Virus record (IMG/VR): IMGVR_UViG_3300035208_002958
Span: 1-64,000 of that record
Length of the DNA stretch: 64,000 nucleotides
Strand: one strand, 5' to 3'
Origin: a virus
Taxonomy: Duplodnaviria; Caudoviricetes
The notes beneath the pieces were generated by a model, which was not told the origin of the DNA, ran no database searches, and saw nothing but the letters and a program-made list of their open reading frames with translations. Below, in pieces: positions 47,419 through 57,823 of the stretch. The number at the start of each line of letters is the position of its first letter. Within the stretch, counting starts at the first letter, position 1. The position numbers and the translations under genes are program-made.

Positions 47419-48666
47419 CTACCCCTGAGCTAAAGACTCAGGGGCTTCAAATGCCATCACTGACATTCTTTCTGCACTGGTTGCTAACGCAATCCCATGT
47501 CTTGCAGACTTTGATTTCTGGGTGTTCCTATCTGACCCAGTATTTTTATTTACAAACGAGAAATCTCTTATATTGATAGCAGCATTTACATCCCTATCAT
47601 GGTTCTCACCACAAGCAGGACATATCCATGCTCTATCTTTCAGTGTCAAATCGTGTTTGATATACCCACAGTTGGAACAGGTCTTTGAGCTGGGTTCAAA
47701 TCTACCAATGGTAACGATGTTACTTCCATACCAATCGCTTTTGTAGCGAAGAAATTGGAAGAACATTCCCCAACCAGCATCTCCAATGTGTTTACTCAAT
47801 TTACGATTCTTCATCATTCCTTTTACATTCAAGTCTTCTATACAGATCGTTTGGTTCTCACGGATCAGTCGTGTAGTGACTTTATGTAAAAAATCTTTTC
47901 TCTGGTTAGCTACATGCTCATGGAGCAACTGTAGCTTCAGTTTTTGTTTCTCAGCGTTCTTAGATAGTGGATCGCCTTTCTTCTTCGATTTGATTTTTCT
48001 CGAAAAGGAACGTTGGATCGAACTCAATCTACGCTGACAAGTAACAAAATATCTTGGGTTGGATATCTCCTCACCTTCGCTTGTCACAGCGAATGACTTG
48101 ATACCAACATCTATTCCTATCGATGTTTCTTTTCTTATTTCTGGCTTTGATGGCAGTTCTTTACCATCTTCAACTAAAATGGTTACATAGTAACTACCAG
48201 CGTTAGAACGCTTGATATGACATGTACGGATCTCACCTTCAAATTTACGATGAAATACAGTCATGATTGGTTCTTTGAACTTTGGTAGTTCTATTTCTGA
48301 TTTGGAAAAATCAACAGTCAGATTTTTAGGTATCTCAAATGATTGTTTCGATTTACGGTTTTTGAACTTGGGAAACCCACCAGATTTGGTGAAAAACTTA
48401 TTATATGCAGTATCTAGGTGGATAAGTACAGCTTGTAGCGATTGTGAATTTACTTCTTTCAACCACTCAGTCGATTCCTGTTTCTTCAATACAGGAATCT
48501 CAGCCTGAATATCATACCTAGATAATGCACCACTTGTCTGCTTATAGTGTGCAATTTTACGAGAAAGAGCATAGTTATACATCCAACGACAATGACCAAA
48601 GTGCTTCGCTAAAAGCGACTTCTGCTCATCAGTTGGGTATATTCTGTATTCGTATGTCTTTTTCAT
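47419..48666 (-). CDS. tnpB: RNA-guided endonuclease TnpB
   Basis: GIDVG, EDL, CxxC pairs, DRDVNAA intact. Confidence 0.95.
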   Translation of the reverse strand: MKKTYEYRIYPTDEQKSLLAKHFGHCRWMYNYALSRKIAHYKQTSGALSRYDIQAEIPVLKKQESTEWLKEVNSQSLQAVLIHLDTAYNKFFTKSGGFPKFKNRKSKQSFEIPKNLTVDFSKSEIELPKFKEPIMTVFHRKFEGEIRTCHIKRSNAGSYYVTILVEDGKELPSKPEIRKETSIGIDVGIKSFAVTSEGEEISNPRYFVTCQRRLSSIQRSFSRKIKSKKKGDPLSKNAEKQKLKLQLLHEHVANQRKDFLHKVTTRLIRENQTICIEDLNVKGMMKNRKLSKHIGDAGWGMFFQFLRYKSDWYGSNIVTIGRFEPSSKTCSNCGYIKHDLTLKDRAWICPACGENHDRDVNAAINIRDFSFVNKNTGSDRNTQKSKSARHGIALATSAERMSVMAFEAPESLAQG

Positions 48667-48702
48667 CTCTACTATACAATATAGATTATATTTTTGATTA
48701 TT

Positions 48703-49110
48703 ATGCAGAAAAAATCAAAATATTTTCATGATAGTCACTCGAAGCACCTACTTCATGTTCATCTGATCTTTTGTGTCAAGTACAGGAAGCGGTTGCTTGC
48801 CACCTATGGTGATGCAGTGAAGTCGATATTCATGGGCATTTCGGATAGGTACGATTTTGATATTGTCACTATGGAGGTTGACAAAGATCATATACACATG
48901 ATGATTCAGTTTCCACCAACACTTGCAATCGTATCTATTGTTCGTAGGCTCAAACAGATATCCACAAACCAATTGTGGAAGATGTATGGACATCATCTCA
49001 AGAAACAATTTTGGGTAGAACATACTTTCTGGTCTGATGGGTATTTTGTTTGTTCTACTGGTGATGCCAGTACAGATACTATCAAGAAATATATAGAATC
49101 TCAGGGATGA
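48703..49110 (+). CDS. tnpA: IS200-like Y1 HUH transposase
   Basis: H.IF..KYR, DHIH, W..GYF, YI..Q. Confidence 0.95.
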   Translation: MQKKSKYFHDSHSKHLLHVHLIFCVKYRKRLLATYGDAVKSIFMGISDRYDFDIVTMEVDKDHIHMMIQFPPTLAIVSIVRRLKQISTNQLWKMYGHHLKKQFWVEHTFWSDGYFVCSTGDASTDTIKKYIESQG

Positions 49111-49187
49111 TACATGTTCGATTCATCCCCTCGGCTAAAGACCAAGGGGATTTCTCTCACGAAATCCGTTAAATTGTCCCTTCATTA

Positions 49188-49388
49188 TTACCTCGCTGAA
49201 CATTTTGGACACGAACAACTAATTCCATGTATACACATCGAACCATCCACTCTGATACCAGTTCCTAGACAAGCAGGACATGCATCATGCAAACACGGTT
49301 GCCACTGCCGATCTTGAAATGAACTCACGTTACGTAAATGTTCTTCTTGTCGTCTACGCAAATCATCCTCATATGTATTTCGATCCAT
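49188..49388 (-). CDS. Small Cys-rich protein
   Basis: CLHDACPAC.GTG...C.H.ISC.CPKC. Confidence 0.6.
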   Translation of the reverse strand: MDRNTYEDDLRRRQEEHLRNVSSFQDRQWQPCLHDACPACLGTGIRVDGSMCIHGISCSCPKCSAR

Positions 49389-49465
49389 AATATAACCTCG
49401 TTTCGACATTAAATATGAACTTTTTTTGTGAAAAAAGTATGTTTTATGTATGACCAAGGATTTCA

Positions 49466-50506
49466 ATGAAATTTGATATTATTGTTGCACATCGGAATGA
49501 AAACAATTATCGGGAACGAAACTTGAAAGAAATTCTCAAGTACTATCTCGATATAATTGATCCAGATACCCGAATTATAATCGTTGAGCAAAACACGGAT
49601 ACCGAAATCTCGATTGATGATTCCCGCATTGTTCACATCAAAGAAAAATATAACACCGAGTATTTCTGGAAAGCTAAACTTCTTAATCGTGGGATTCGAG
49701 AAAGTGTCAAGGAAGCATTTTGTGTAGTCGATAGTGACGCAGTATTGAGTAAAGAAGCCATTGACTACTTGTATTCGATCAATGTCGAAAATTTCAATAT
49801 GATTTTCCCATATACCGAAGCCAGATTGATGAACGAAGGACAAACTAGACTGTGGATCAAAGAGAGAAAAATGCCAGTCGAAGTAGATCAGTCCATCCAG
49901 AAATCCCATATCTGCTACACAGGATTTTTCATGGCAATGAGCCGCCGTAACTACAATGCAATCGGTGGGTATGATGAAGAATATATCGGATGGGGTGGTG
50001 AAGATGATGCGGTAGTTGTAAAAACGAAACGCATAAATGATATCTCACGGATGCCGATTCAATCGATTGTGCTTCATATGTATCATCCTCGAAAAGATAA
50101 CCCAGAATATACTAGCAGTGCTCGATATGAAATGAATGAACTGTTCACCCATGCACTAAAAACGATGTCAAATGATGACCTACATACATATTGTTCAGGT
50201 AAGATTGACCTCAAATCAATAGTGGTAAAAATGGGAATCACTCGTGATAATTTATATGCAACTATCACATTGAAAAGTGGAGCGAATACTAAGATTCCAA
50301 TTAGAGGTGTGTATCCATTACCAAATAAAAATGGTGAGTTTGATATACCCACCATGTTCAAAGGATTATATGTGTTGTTAGGGAAAGAAGAGTTTGTTCG
50401 AAATACAATTCAATTGGTTACAGCCAGTCGAGATACCGAGGAACGTAACGAGTTCAAGCGTATGATTGACGATACGATTGAATACTTTGAGACTCATGAT
50501 TCATAA
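49466..50506 (+). CDS. GT2/GT7-like glycosyltransferase
   Basis: R..NL, N.G, DSD, GGYDE.YIGWGGED, HMYH. Confidence 0.85.
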   Translation: MKFDIIVAHRNENNYRERNLKEILKYYLDIIDPDTRIIIVEQNTDTEISIDDSRIVHIKEKYNTEYFWKAKLLNRGIRESVKEAFCVVDSDAVLSKEAIDYLYSINVENFNMIFPYTEARLMNEGQTRLWIKERKMPVEVDQSIQKSHICYTGFFMAMSRRNYNAIGGYDEEYIGWGGEDDAVVVKTKRINDISRMPIQSIVLHMYHPRKDNPEYTSSARYEMNELFTHALKTMSNDDLHTYCSGKIDLKSIVVKMGITRDNLYATITLKSGANTKIPIRGVYPLPNKNGEFDIPTMFKGLYVLLGKEEFVRNTIQLVTASRDTEERNEFKRMIDDTIEYFETHDS

Positions 50507-51251
50507 CGTCTGATCGGAATTTGTTTTACCCTATTATCCAGATGAATAATGATTGTATCAAATGGCGATTCATTCATTATATTCGGATCATCAGCAATGC
50601 ATTCCTCAGTTAATACCGTTGTCACATCACTAATCTCAACTACATGGCAGGTGTATTCCATCGCCTCTGTATCAACCAATATATCCCGATCACCATATGT
50701 GTCCAGCAATCGTTGACATTTATTAATTAGCACAGATAACTTCATAATATATTATCCTTTCTTCTTAGTGGGAAAGTATTCGATCCAATTTCCTTTCGAT
50801 TCTTGTGCCAATCTTTGATAGACTGCTCGATCATTGCATCCAGATCTTTCTTATCGATTGTTCCATCAGCGTTAAGATATTTACGATCCGGGTGATTGCA
50901 ACACCCAAGATAACAATCCATTGATGTCATTCGACCTTTGTAGTGACATGAACATTTACATATTTTCATCTACGGTTCCTAATATTTCATCAATCCGACT
51001 GGTAATAAGAGTATACAGACACGCCCCGAATTTACGTTCATATTCAGTTAGGGAACAATAATCATTGCCTTCCATAAATTCCACAATACATTTTCGAGCA
51101 AATTCGGTGACAGGATCAGTATCATCTTTTATGATGGTTTCAAAGTATTCGAGTCCAAATGACTTCATTATTTCAGTCATATGATCTATATCATATTCTG
51201 TAATCGAAGCAATGATTTCTTTACCTTCTTTCAATGTTATATGAGTCATAT

Positions 51252-51779
51252 TCATCCCTCGCATTTCTTAACTGTATCCATCGGGAACAGATAATTACAA
51301 TATAAACGAATATCGTTTTTGGGATCGGTTACATCAAGGGTTTTATATTGAGGTCGATCTTTGATTCGATATAGATCATAATCAGCAAACATATCCAAGA
51401 ATTTAATTTCACGCCTGTACAGGTAAGTCATGAATATGCTTTTGTACATTGTGAAATGAGTCAATGTCTTAATTGCTTTCAGAAGCTCGGTGAATGATAC
51501 ATTGAAAAACGGGGGATCACATACAATGAGATCGAACTCATAATCAAGGTACTTAGGATCTTTGATATCGTAGTAAATGAACTGCTCGTATTTCTCGAAT
51601 CGTCTATCAATATCGAGAATCTTTACATCCATTCCAGCTTCAACCAATCGTGCACCAATCATTGGACAGCACACACAACAAATCTTCTTACCTTGAAAAA
51701 AATTTACGATTGTTCCAACAAACCAATTCTCAAATTCTTTCGTGAAAAAGTATTGTTCATTTTCATGCAACTCTTCCAT
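51252..51779 (-). CDS. N6-adenine/EFM5-like methyltransferase
   Basis: QYFF, LDIDRRF, F..YD, DPPFF. Confidence 0.7.
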   Translation of the reverse strand: MEELHENEQYFFTKEFENWFVGTIVNFFQGKKICCVCCPMIGARLVEAGMDVKILDIDRRFEKYEQFIYYDIKDPKYLDYEFDLIVCDPPFFNVSFTELLKAIKTLTHFTMYKSIFMTYLYRREIKFLDMFADYDLYRIKDRPQYKTLDVTDPKNDIRLYCNYLFPMDTVKKCEG

Positions 51780-51782
51780 ACA

Positions 51783-52331
51783 TTATCCTTTCATGTACTT
51801 ATCAAGTTCACCCGTACCGATAAGATGTTCAAGAATTTTCTGTGAACTTTCAGGCACTCGATCAAAATCGGTCCATGTGAGATCATTGAATGCAAGTATG
51901 TCCTTGATTTTCAAACCGACTCGTACAGCCTCTTCTTCATCTTGCTGTCTACCATCAGTCTTGTACTCACCAGCTCCACGATTGAGAAAATAGTTGACGT
52001 TATCGTTTTCATGATAGAAATCCCATACCATATCACTGTACCAACGAGCATATCGGTCACCTGCATAAGCAAGGCCCATCGGAAGAGGAGCATCGGTCAC
52101 AACAACATCCACATCACCCGCCTGTTTCATCATGAACAGTTTGTGATACTGCTTGTTGGTTACATAGCTTTGATTCAGGAGTTCTTTCTCACGACCATCT
52201 CGGATAAGACGCTTCGCATACTCCATTGATATTTCACATCGGAGTCCATAGATTTTCAGCTTCTCAAATAATCCACATGCGATTGCACTCTTACCCGCAC
52301 TAGGAGCACCGAATAAATTAACGACTAACAT
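51783..52331 (-). CDS. AAA_28/NadR-like P-loop kinase
   Basis: FGAPSAGKS, EYAK, TD.PL, GR.Q. Confidence 0.8.
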   Translation of the reverse strand: MLVVNLFGAPSAGKSAIACGLFEKLKIYGLRCEISMEYAKRLIRDGREKELLNQSYVTNKQYHKLFMMKQAGDVDVVVTDAPLPMGLAYAGDRYARWYSDMVWDFYHENDNVNYFLNRGAGEYKTDGRQQDEEEAVRVGLKIKDILAFNDLTWTDFDRVPESSQKILEHLIGTGELDKYMKG

Positions 52332-52444
52332 CTGATAATACCTTCTTTTGAATTGTTCTATACATTAGATATTTAAGAAATCGTTTATTTCCATTAAGAG
52401 CCGCAAAAATAACTCCATTGCTTATCATATGTCCTGATGGTGAT

Positions 52445-53098
52445 TTAATCATTATATAGCTCCAATTCATTTGGCACCACGACTTTCTTAGTCCAGTGTT
52501 GATCCGTCTGTACATGATCTTTACGAACATATTTACCCAGCGGCATTTTTACATCACTTTGATCAAAGTTATGGGTGAATGCACCAGCAGGTCTCACTAC
52601 ATAACCTTCCATCTCATCACCATTGAACTCTGTGCCGATTAGAGCTTTGATCGCATCGGCATCCCATATCCCACGGTAAATAACGTCAACCACAGGAAGA
52701 TCCAATTCTTCTGCACGTTTGACAGTATCATCCCATGACTGGCATTCATTTCCAATCCAGTATCCGAATACATAGAAATATCCACGGAGATGTTTGTAAT
52801 GGATTGAGTGCTCCGCATACAGATTTTCACCACAGATACGCTCATCATCAAGCAACATCCATGCTTTTTCACCATGCATTCTGTTTACCCATGACCTAGA
52901 TTCATGCCAACCAGAGTCAATCGAACGTGAATGGAAGAAATCGTTATACCACGTGGTATTTTCTCCATCGAGTTTAACTGTCACTACGACTTCTTTTCCA
53001 CCAAACACGGATTCAGGATCGATCATCCTGTGATCGGTTTTATGGAATGACTCACTCCACGGTAGATGTGAAGTCTTCGGATATTTATAGCGTTTCAT
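52445..53098 (-). CDS. RNA ligase (Rnl2-like family)
   Basis: KYP.T.HLPWS, KLDGEN, GEN.YA.HSI.Y, EGYVVR, KYVR..H. Confidence 0.88.
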   Translation of the reverse strand: MKRYKYPKTSHLPWSESFHKTDHRMIDPESVFGGKEVVVTVKLDGENTTWYNDFFHSRSIDSGWHESRSWVNRMHGEKAWMLLDDERICGENLYAEHSIHYKHLRGYFYVFGYWIGNECQSWDDTVKRAEELDLPVVDVIYRGIWDADAIKALIGTEFNGDEMEGYVVRPAGAFTHNFDQSDVKMPLGKYVRKDHVQTDQHWTKKVVVPNELELYND

Positions 53099-53331
53099 AC
53101 TAACCCCATTTCAAAACACGCATGATCTATGATTATCGCATGTGGGGTTCGTTGATTCATTGTATCACGAACAAACCTATTATACGAATAGATCTTTATA
53201 TCATCTCTACCTAGATCACGTGCTAACCTTTCTGGATAATACAACTTGTTATTTGGCCAAAGATAAATAGACCCATGTGGGCAGTTTATCATTTGCTGCG
53301 TAGTCGTACCAGACCGTCTTCTCTGCATAGG

Positions 53332-53784
53332 TTATGCCAATGTCAACTTAATCGTTGCTTTGAATTGTTCATACACTGCGATTCGGCGTTCTTTATTCTG
53401 AATCCGAACCCGGAATTGCTCATCACTTGCAGCCAGTGCAAGCAATGCAACATTAGCCTGTTTCCATATATGGTATTCGGACTCATGTAGTGGAATCAAA
53501 TTGATCTCAAATTTTTCGAGCTTGGGTTTAACAAAAAATTTGATGCCCTTATTGTAATTCGATTCTCTTACCGCAGGACCAGCAGCCATAGGATCGACAT
53601 ACACATTCTTGTCAACGACACCCAGAATTTGATTCCAGTGTCGAATAGAAACGATGAAATCATAATCAGATCTCACCTCACTCACTTTATATCCGGGGAA
53701 GCAGTTATCCAATGAACGAGATCCGACCAAGATAGCCGGAAACTGGCTGTTACATACGGAATTTATTTCTTGAATCAGGTTCAT
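53332..53784 (-). CDS. Minimal nucleotidyltransferase-like protein
   Basis: GSR...SDYD motif. Confidence 0.55.
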   Translation of the reverse strand: MNLIQEINSVCNSQFPAILVGSRSLDNCFPGYKVSEVRSDYDFIVSIRHWNQILGVVDKNVYVDPMAAGPAVRESNYNKGIKFFVKPKLEKFEINLIPLHESEYHIWKQANVALLALAASDEQFRVRIQNKERRIAVYEQFKATIKLTLA

Positions 53785-54034
53785 TTTTTCTTACTTTCTT
53801 TTGGGTTCTGCATCTGACGGATGCAATCCATTATGTCCCACCAGTTGCTTCGGACATTATTGCTGGACTGGTAGATTTTCAAAAATTCAACTTCATTCAT
53901 GATGTTTCCTCCATGAATTTATAATAAATATAGCAATAATAATATAGATTCGGGAAATTTTGTGTACACATATTAGGGATTAGGATTGAGGTAAATAAAA
54001 AAAGGCCCAAGATTTCTCTTGAGCCTTTTCATTC

Positions 54035-54362
54035 TGGAGAAGCGGGGATTCGAACCCCGGTCCACAGTAACCGTCCATATGACCTCGTTACGACCATTTT
54101 GACATTTTAGTTTCCGTTTCTGGCAAGTCACTAGCCATCTCTGAGTCCTAAATCGTTATCCAGCCAAGACCATCACTGACAACGTTTTCTGTCTTACGAC
54201 CCCGACACAGACCCGACAGACTGTCTGATTGGGGAGCTACTTAAGCAGCCATTGCAAAATTGGATTCTGCATTTGTGTTTGTTTCCGCTTTTTAAAGAGG
54301 CCAACGGACACCTCTAGTCGCAGTCGATACTTCTTGTCCCATGTCGAAACCAAAGCATCCCC
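54035..54362 (-). ncRNA. ssrA: tmRNA; encoded tag AESNFAMAA* at 54270..54241
   Basis: 5' GGGGATG...GGTTTCGAC; 3' GGGGTTCGAATCCCC..CTTCTCCA T arm with G3:U pair; tag ends AA*; promoter 54373..54400 and terminator ~54001..54030. Confidence 0.93.
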
Positions 54363-54400
54363 GTGACCATAATATATAGATTTTTTTTCGGATTTGTCAA

Positions 54401-54616
54401 CTAAAATGCAAATCCAATAGTTTTCTTACGAATATCATCAGCGATTGCATTCTTACCGAGGGTTTCAAGACGCTCAACTCCCCGTTTAAGACCTTCGATG
54501 ATTTCCCCATCACCTTCAGCAGTATCAATCAGTTCGATGATAGCAACAGATTCCTCATCGTCACGTAAAGCATCAACCAACATCAGCAGTGCATTTGAAA
54601 TTGAATCCATATTCAT
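54401..54616 (-). CDS. Hypothetical protein
   Basis: ORF, TAG stop. Confidence 0.45.
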   Translation of the reverse strand: MNMDSISNALLMLVDALRDDEESVAIIELIDTAEGDGEIIEGLKRGVERLETLGKNAIADDIRKKTIGFAF

Positions 54617-54752
54617 TCTGGCATCCTATAAAAAGTGATTATGTTTAAACAAATATACATATTTCTGTACTTTTTAGCTCAATTTCGAAAAAAAAAATTC
54701 ATTTGACAAAACCTAATAATTTTCTATATTAGTAAGTAACGAAGGAGTCAAT

Positions 54753-55475
54753 ATGAAGAAAGTAGTTATCATCCAGAACCCCGAAACCAAAGAAGCATCT
54801 GCTATATTGGTGGGGGAAACACTCGATACAATGGTCATGGTATTGAGCAAGCCCAATATGAATCGGGAGCTTGGATGGATCAACTGTCTTCATGATGAAA
54901 TCCTGAACAGTGAATTCACAGTGGCTGCAACTATCCAAAAGGACATATCTGACGTAGAAGCCAAATACCACAAACTCTGGACCGAAAACAGGGCTGAATA
55001 CAGTTTTGATTCCTACATGTTCGAAGCAATGTTCAAACTCAAACGTGAGATCGATGCGAATTTCGACGCATCTACCGAAGTGGAACACATGATGGAAGCG
55101 GCTGGTGTTTCTACCACTACTACCCTGTTCACCGATCTCACATTCGATATGACCGACGAGGCACTGAGTGCAGTTATCGCCAAGCACCATGTGGATGAAC
55201 TGGTGTTCAAATTCGAAGCCACTGACAATACCGCATGGGAAAGTGTGGGATATTGCATATACAACATGGCATCCAAAGAGCTGCGGTGCTATATTTCTCC
55301 GGTAGATTTCTTCGAATCCATTGAAGGTAAACATTATGGCTATTGCGGTCATGTGTATGCTCACAACTGCATGGATATCCGTGACGTTATCACCGACACT
55401 GCGATTGATGGAATCCGCAATGCGATAGAAAACTACCTCACCGAATTCGAGATGAAGGAACCTTTTAGCGTATGA
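54753..55475 (+). CDS. Hypothetical acidic protein
   Basis: Promoter 54703..54730 and AAGGAG SD. Confidence 0.7.
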   Translation: MKKVVIIQNPETKEASAILVGETLDTMVMVLSKPNMNRELGWINCLHDEILNSEFTVAATIQKDISDVEAKYHKLWTENRAEYSFDSYMFEAMFKLKREIDANFDASTEVEHMMEAAGVSTTTTLFTDLTFDMTDEALSAVIAKHHVDELVFKFEATDNTAWESVGYCIYNMASKELRCYISPVDFFESIEGKHYGYCGHVYAHNCMDIRDVITDTAIDGIRNAIENYLTEFEMKEPFSV

Positions 55476-55807
55476 GAATAAAACGACTACCCGTGACCGA
55501 ATGGGATTTTGAAGCATATAACCCCGAATTCTACGGTTATGGCACCGTAGATATTTTCATAGACGAGAGCCGTTCAGTTGGTGAACGAGTCAATTGCATA
55601 TTCAGGAAAAAAGACATTTCGAAATTTGAGGACGACCAGTGTACCGATTTCACTGTTGCGATCCTCTGTAACCACTGCTATGTCAGATCCGGCATAAAGG
55701 AATTGGAAGGACTTTACGCTGGACAAATCATTCCCGTAGTCTTTGAAGGAGAATTTAACCCCACTATCCCACTTGAATGGATAGAAAAAAAATTTTGGTT
55801 GTTATAA
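55472..55807 (+). CDS. Hypothetical protein
   Basis: ATGA overlap. Confidence 0.55.
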   Translation: MRIKRLPVTEWDFEAYNPEFYGYGTVDIFIDESRSVGERVNCIFRKKDISKFEDDQCTDFTVAILCNHCYVRSGIKELEGLYAGQIIPVVFEGEFNPTIPLEWIEKKFWLL

Positions 55808-55895
55808 CTTGATATTTGACAAAACGCCATTTTTTTCTATATATGGTATTACGGTTTAACATAGTTTCCCACGAAACTCGTATGAAGGTAATGTA

Positions 55896-56966
55896 ATGAC
55901 TAAGAAAGAAACGAATTCATATTCAAATGAATCCCTTGAATTTCGCCGCCTCGATAAAACCGAGAAGTATGCGAAACTATTGGAGTTCTGCGAACAGAAT
56001 GATCGAATCCCCGGTGTAACTGATGTCCAAGAATCCGAAAGAGTCCTTGGTCAATTTTTGATTAACAATAAATCAGCATTCAATAAAGGAATGTTGGATG
56101 ATTGGGAGGTAGAGCTTCTCACAAAGGTAATTAAATATACCCCCATACGTGAATCTCGACTGGAGAAACTCCTTCGAATTCGTGACTTCTGTGTGAAAAA
56201 CGAAAAAACACCCGCTCAGTCAAGTAAAAACCCGGATGAAAAGAAATTGGGTCAACTTCTGAATACTGTGAAAAATTCGATGAAGAAGAACAAATTCACT
56301 CCCGAAGAGCATGATGTATACGAGGTAATTTCCTCTTACAAGAGCAAATATCAGAAGAGTCGCAAATCCAAATTGGAGGAAGTACTCGAATTCTGTCAAA
56401 CTAATGGACGAACTCCCCGACAGCATGTAACCGATCTAACAGAGAAGCGGCATGCCGAATTTCTTTCCACTAGTAACATCTTGTACAATAAAGGCACGTT
56501 GGAACCTGACTGTATTCCGATATTGGAAGAGATCTCGCTGTTCTCTCCGAAGAATAGAGTGGGACGACTGAAGCGACTTATAGAATTCACGGCAGTGACA
56601 AGATCGACTCCAAAGGGCAGTTCCCTCGATCCGGTAGAAAAGCAGTATTCATCCTACTTCGCAAAAGCTAAAACCCTCATGAAGAATGGGGAACTTACCG
56701 CAGAGGAAGAACAATTACTACAAGAAGTGCTGGACAATTGTAACATCAAAAGTCGATTGGATAAGCTCAAAGATGTCATGCAGTACATCAATGATACTGG
56801 AGAGTTCCCCAAACTCAGCAGTATAGACGAGTCTGAACGAAAGCTGGCCACGTTCCTGAACAACATAAAGCAAGTACGCAACAACGGAAAACTGAAGATG
56901 GATGAACGTCAGCTTCTTGCTGACATCGAATCAATGAGTAAACCTGTCACAGCAGCATTCTCATAA
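55896..56966 (+). CDS. Helicase-associated (HA)-like repeat protein
   Basis: About five ~65-aa repeats KL....FC..N.R.P....D..E..L..FL. Confidence 0.65.
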   Translation: MTKKETNSYSNESLEFRRLDKTEKYAKLLEFCEQNDRIPGVTDVQESERVLGQFLINNKSAFNKGMLDDWEVELLTKVIKYTPIRESRLEKLLRIRDFCVKNEKTPAQSSKNPDEKKLGQLLNTVKNSMKKNKFTPEEHDVYEVISSYKSKYQKSRKSKLEEVLEFCQTNGRTPRQHVTDLTEKRHAEFLSTSNILYNKGTLEPDCIPILEEISLFSPKNRVGRLKRLIEFTAVTRSTPKGSSLDPVEKQYSSYFAKAKTLMKNGELTAEEEQLLQEVLDNCNIKSRLDKLKDVMQYINDTGEFPKLSSIDESERKLATFLNNIKQVRNNGKLKMDERQLLADIESMSKPVTAAFS

Positions 56967-57086
56967 TTCAATGTCATCCAACTCATTAAGCCTCCCAGCC
57001 GGGAGGTTTTTGATTTACAAATCCGCATTTTTTTCTAAATTATGAAGGTTATACCTCTAACCCATTCGAATTAAGGACCCTAACAT

Positions 57087-57821
57087 ATGACAAACATTAC
57101 ATTGAAAGAAGCATGGAATTTTGCACTGGAACAGTTTCCTGAAATCGACATCGAGATTGCCCATATAGTCTATGATGAGTTGGTTACGGTGTATACTGAT
57201 CCAGTGCGTGAATATCATAGTTCGGGTCACATTGAAAACTTTATCAACAAACTGAATGAGCTATTACGGATCTATGCGTTTGATGAGCATGATAAGGTAA
57301 AGGCCGAACTGATTTTTGCTGCGTTCTTCCATGACTATTTTCATAACGCCCATCGACATACACAGGAAATCCCAATTGATTCCCTATCTGATGAGGAAAT
57401 GAGTGCTGATTTCGCATTGAATGCCCTGAAGCGTATGGGAGTCAGACCAAGTAAATCTGTCAGTCGTATTTACCAGCTCATTAAGCTCACTGAGACTCAT
57501 CAACTCGATAATACAAGCCAGTGTAGCATACAAATGCAAAAAGTCTTCCTAGACGCAGATATGGCCATTCTAGGTGACATTGATCCGAAGTATGAAGAAT
57601 ACATGGTTGGGGTATGGAAAGAATATGCACATATCCCCCCTGAGACCTTTATGACAGGACGCATCAATTTCTTGTCACAATTGCTTGAAAAGAATGCTAT
57701 ATTTCATACTGTCTACATGAACCAACTGTATCGGGATCAGGCGTTCAAGAACATTTCATATGAAATCGGCATCTTGGATAAAATGAACGCTGAGCAGTTA
57801 ATTAAAGCAATACAAGGATAA
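57087..57821 (+). CDS. HD-domain phosphohydrolase (COG4339-like)
   Basis: R.YH...H, FFHD, E..SA, DAD.AILG, V.KEY. Confidence 0.85.
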   Translation: MTNITLKEAWNFALEQFPEIDIEIAHIVYDELVTVYTDPVREYHSSGHIENFINKLNELLRIYAFDEHDKVKAELIFAAFFHDYFHNAHRHTQEIPIDSLSDEEMSADFALNALKRMGVRPSKSVSRIYQLIKLTETHQLDNTSQCSIQMQKVFLDADMAILGDIDPKYEEYMVGVWKEYAHIPPETFMTGRINFLSQLLEKNAIFHTVYMNQLYRDQAFKNISYEIGILDKMNAEQLIKAIQG

Positions 57822-57823
57822 CC

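Larger units (their letters stand above)
47414..49168 (-). mobile_element. Complete IS605-type element (divergent tnpA + tnpB)
   Basis: Left end CGGATTTCGTGAGAGAAA after TTTAA; right end ...GGGGTAGTTCAC; interrupts a gene. Confidence 0.92.
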
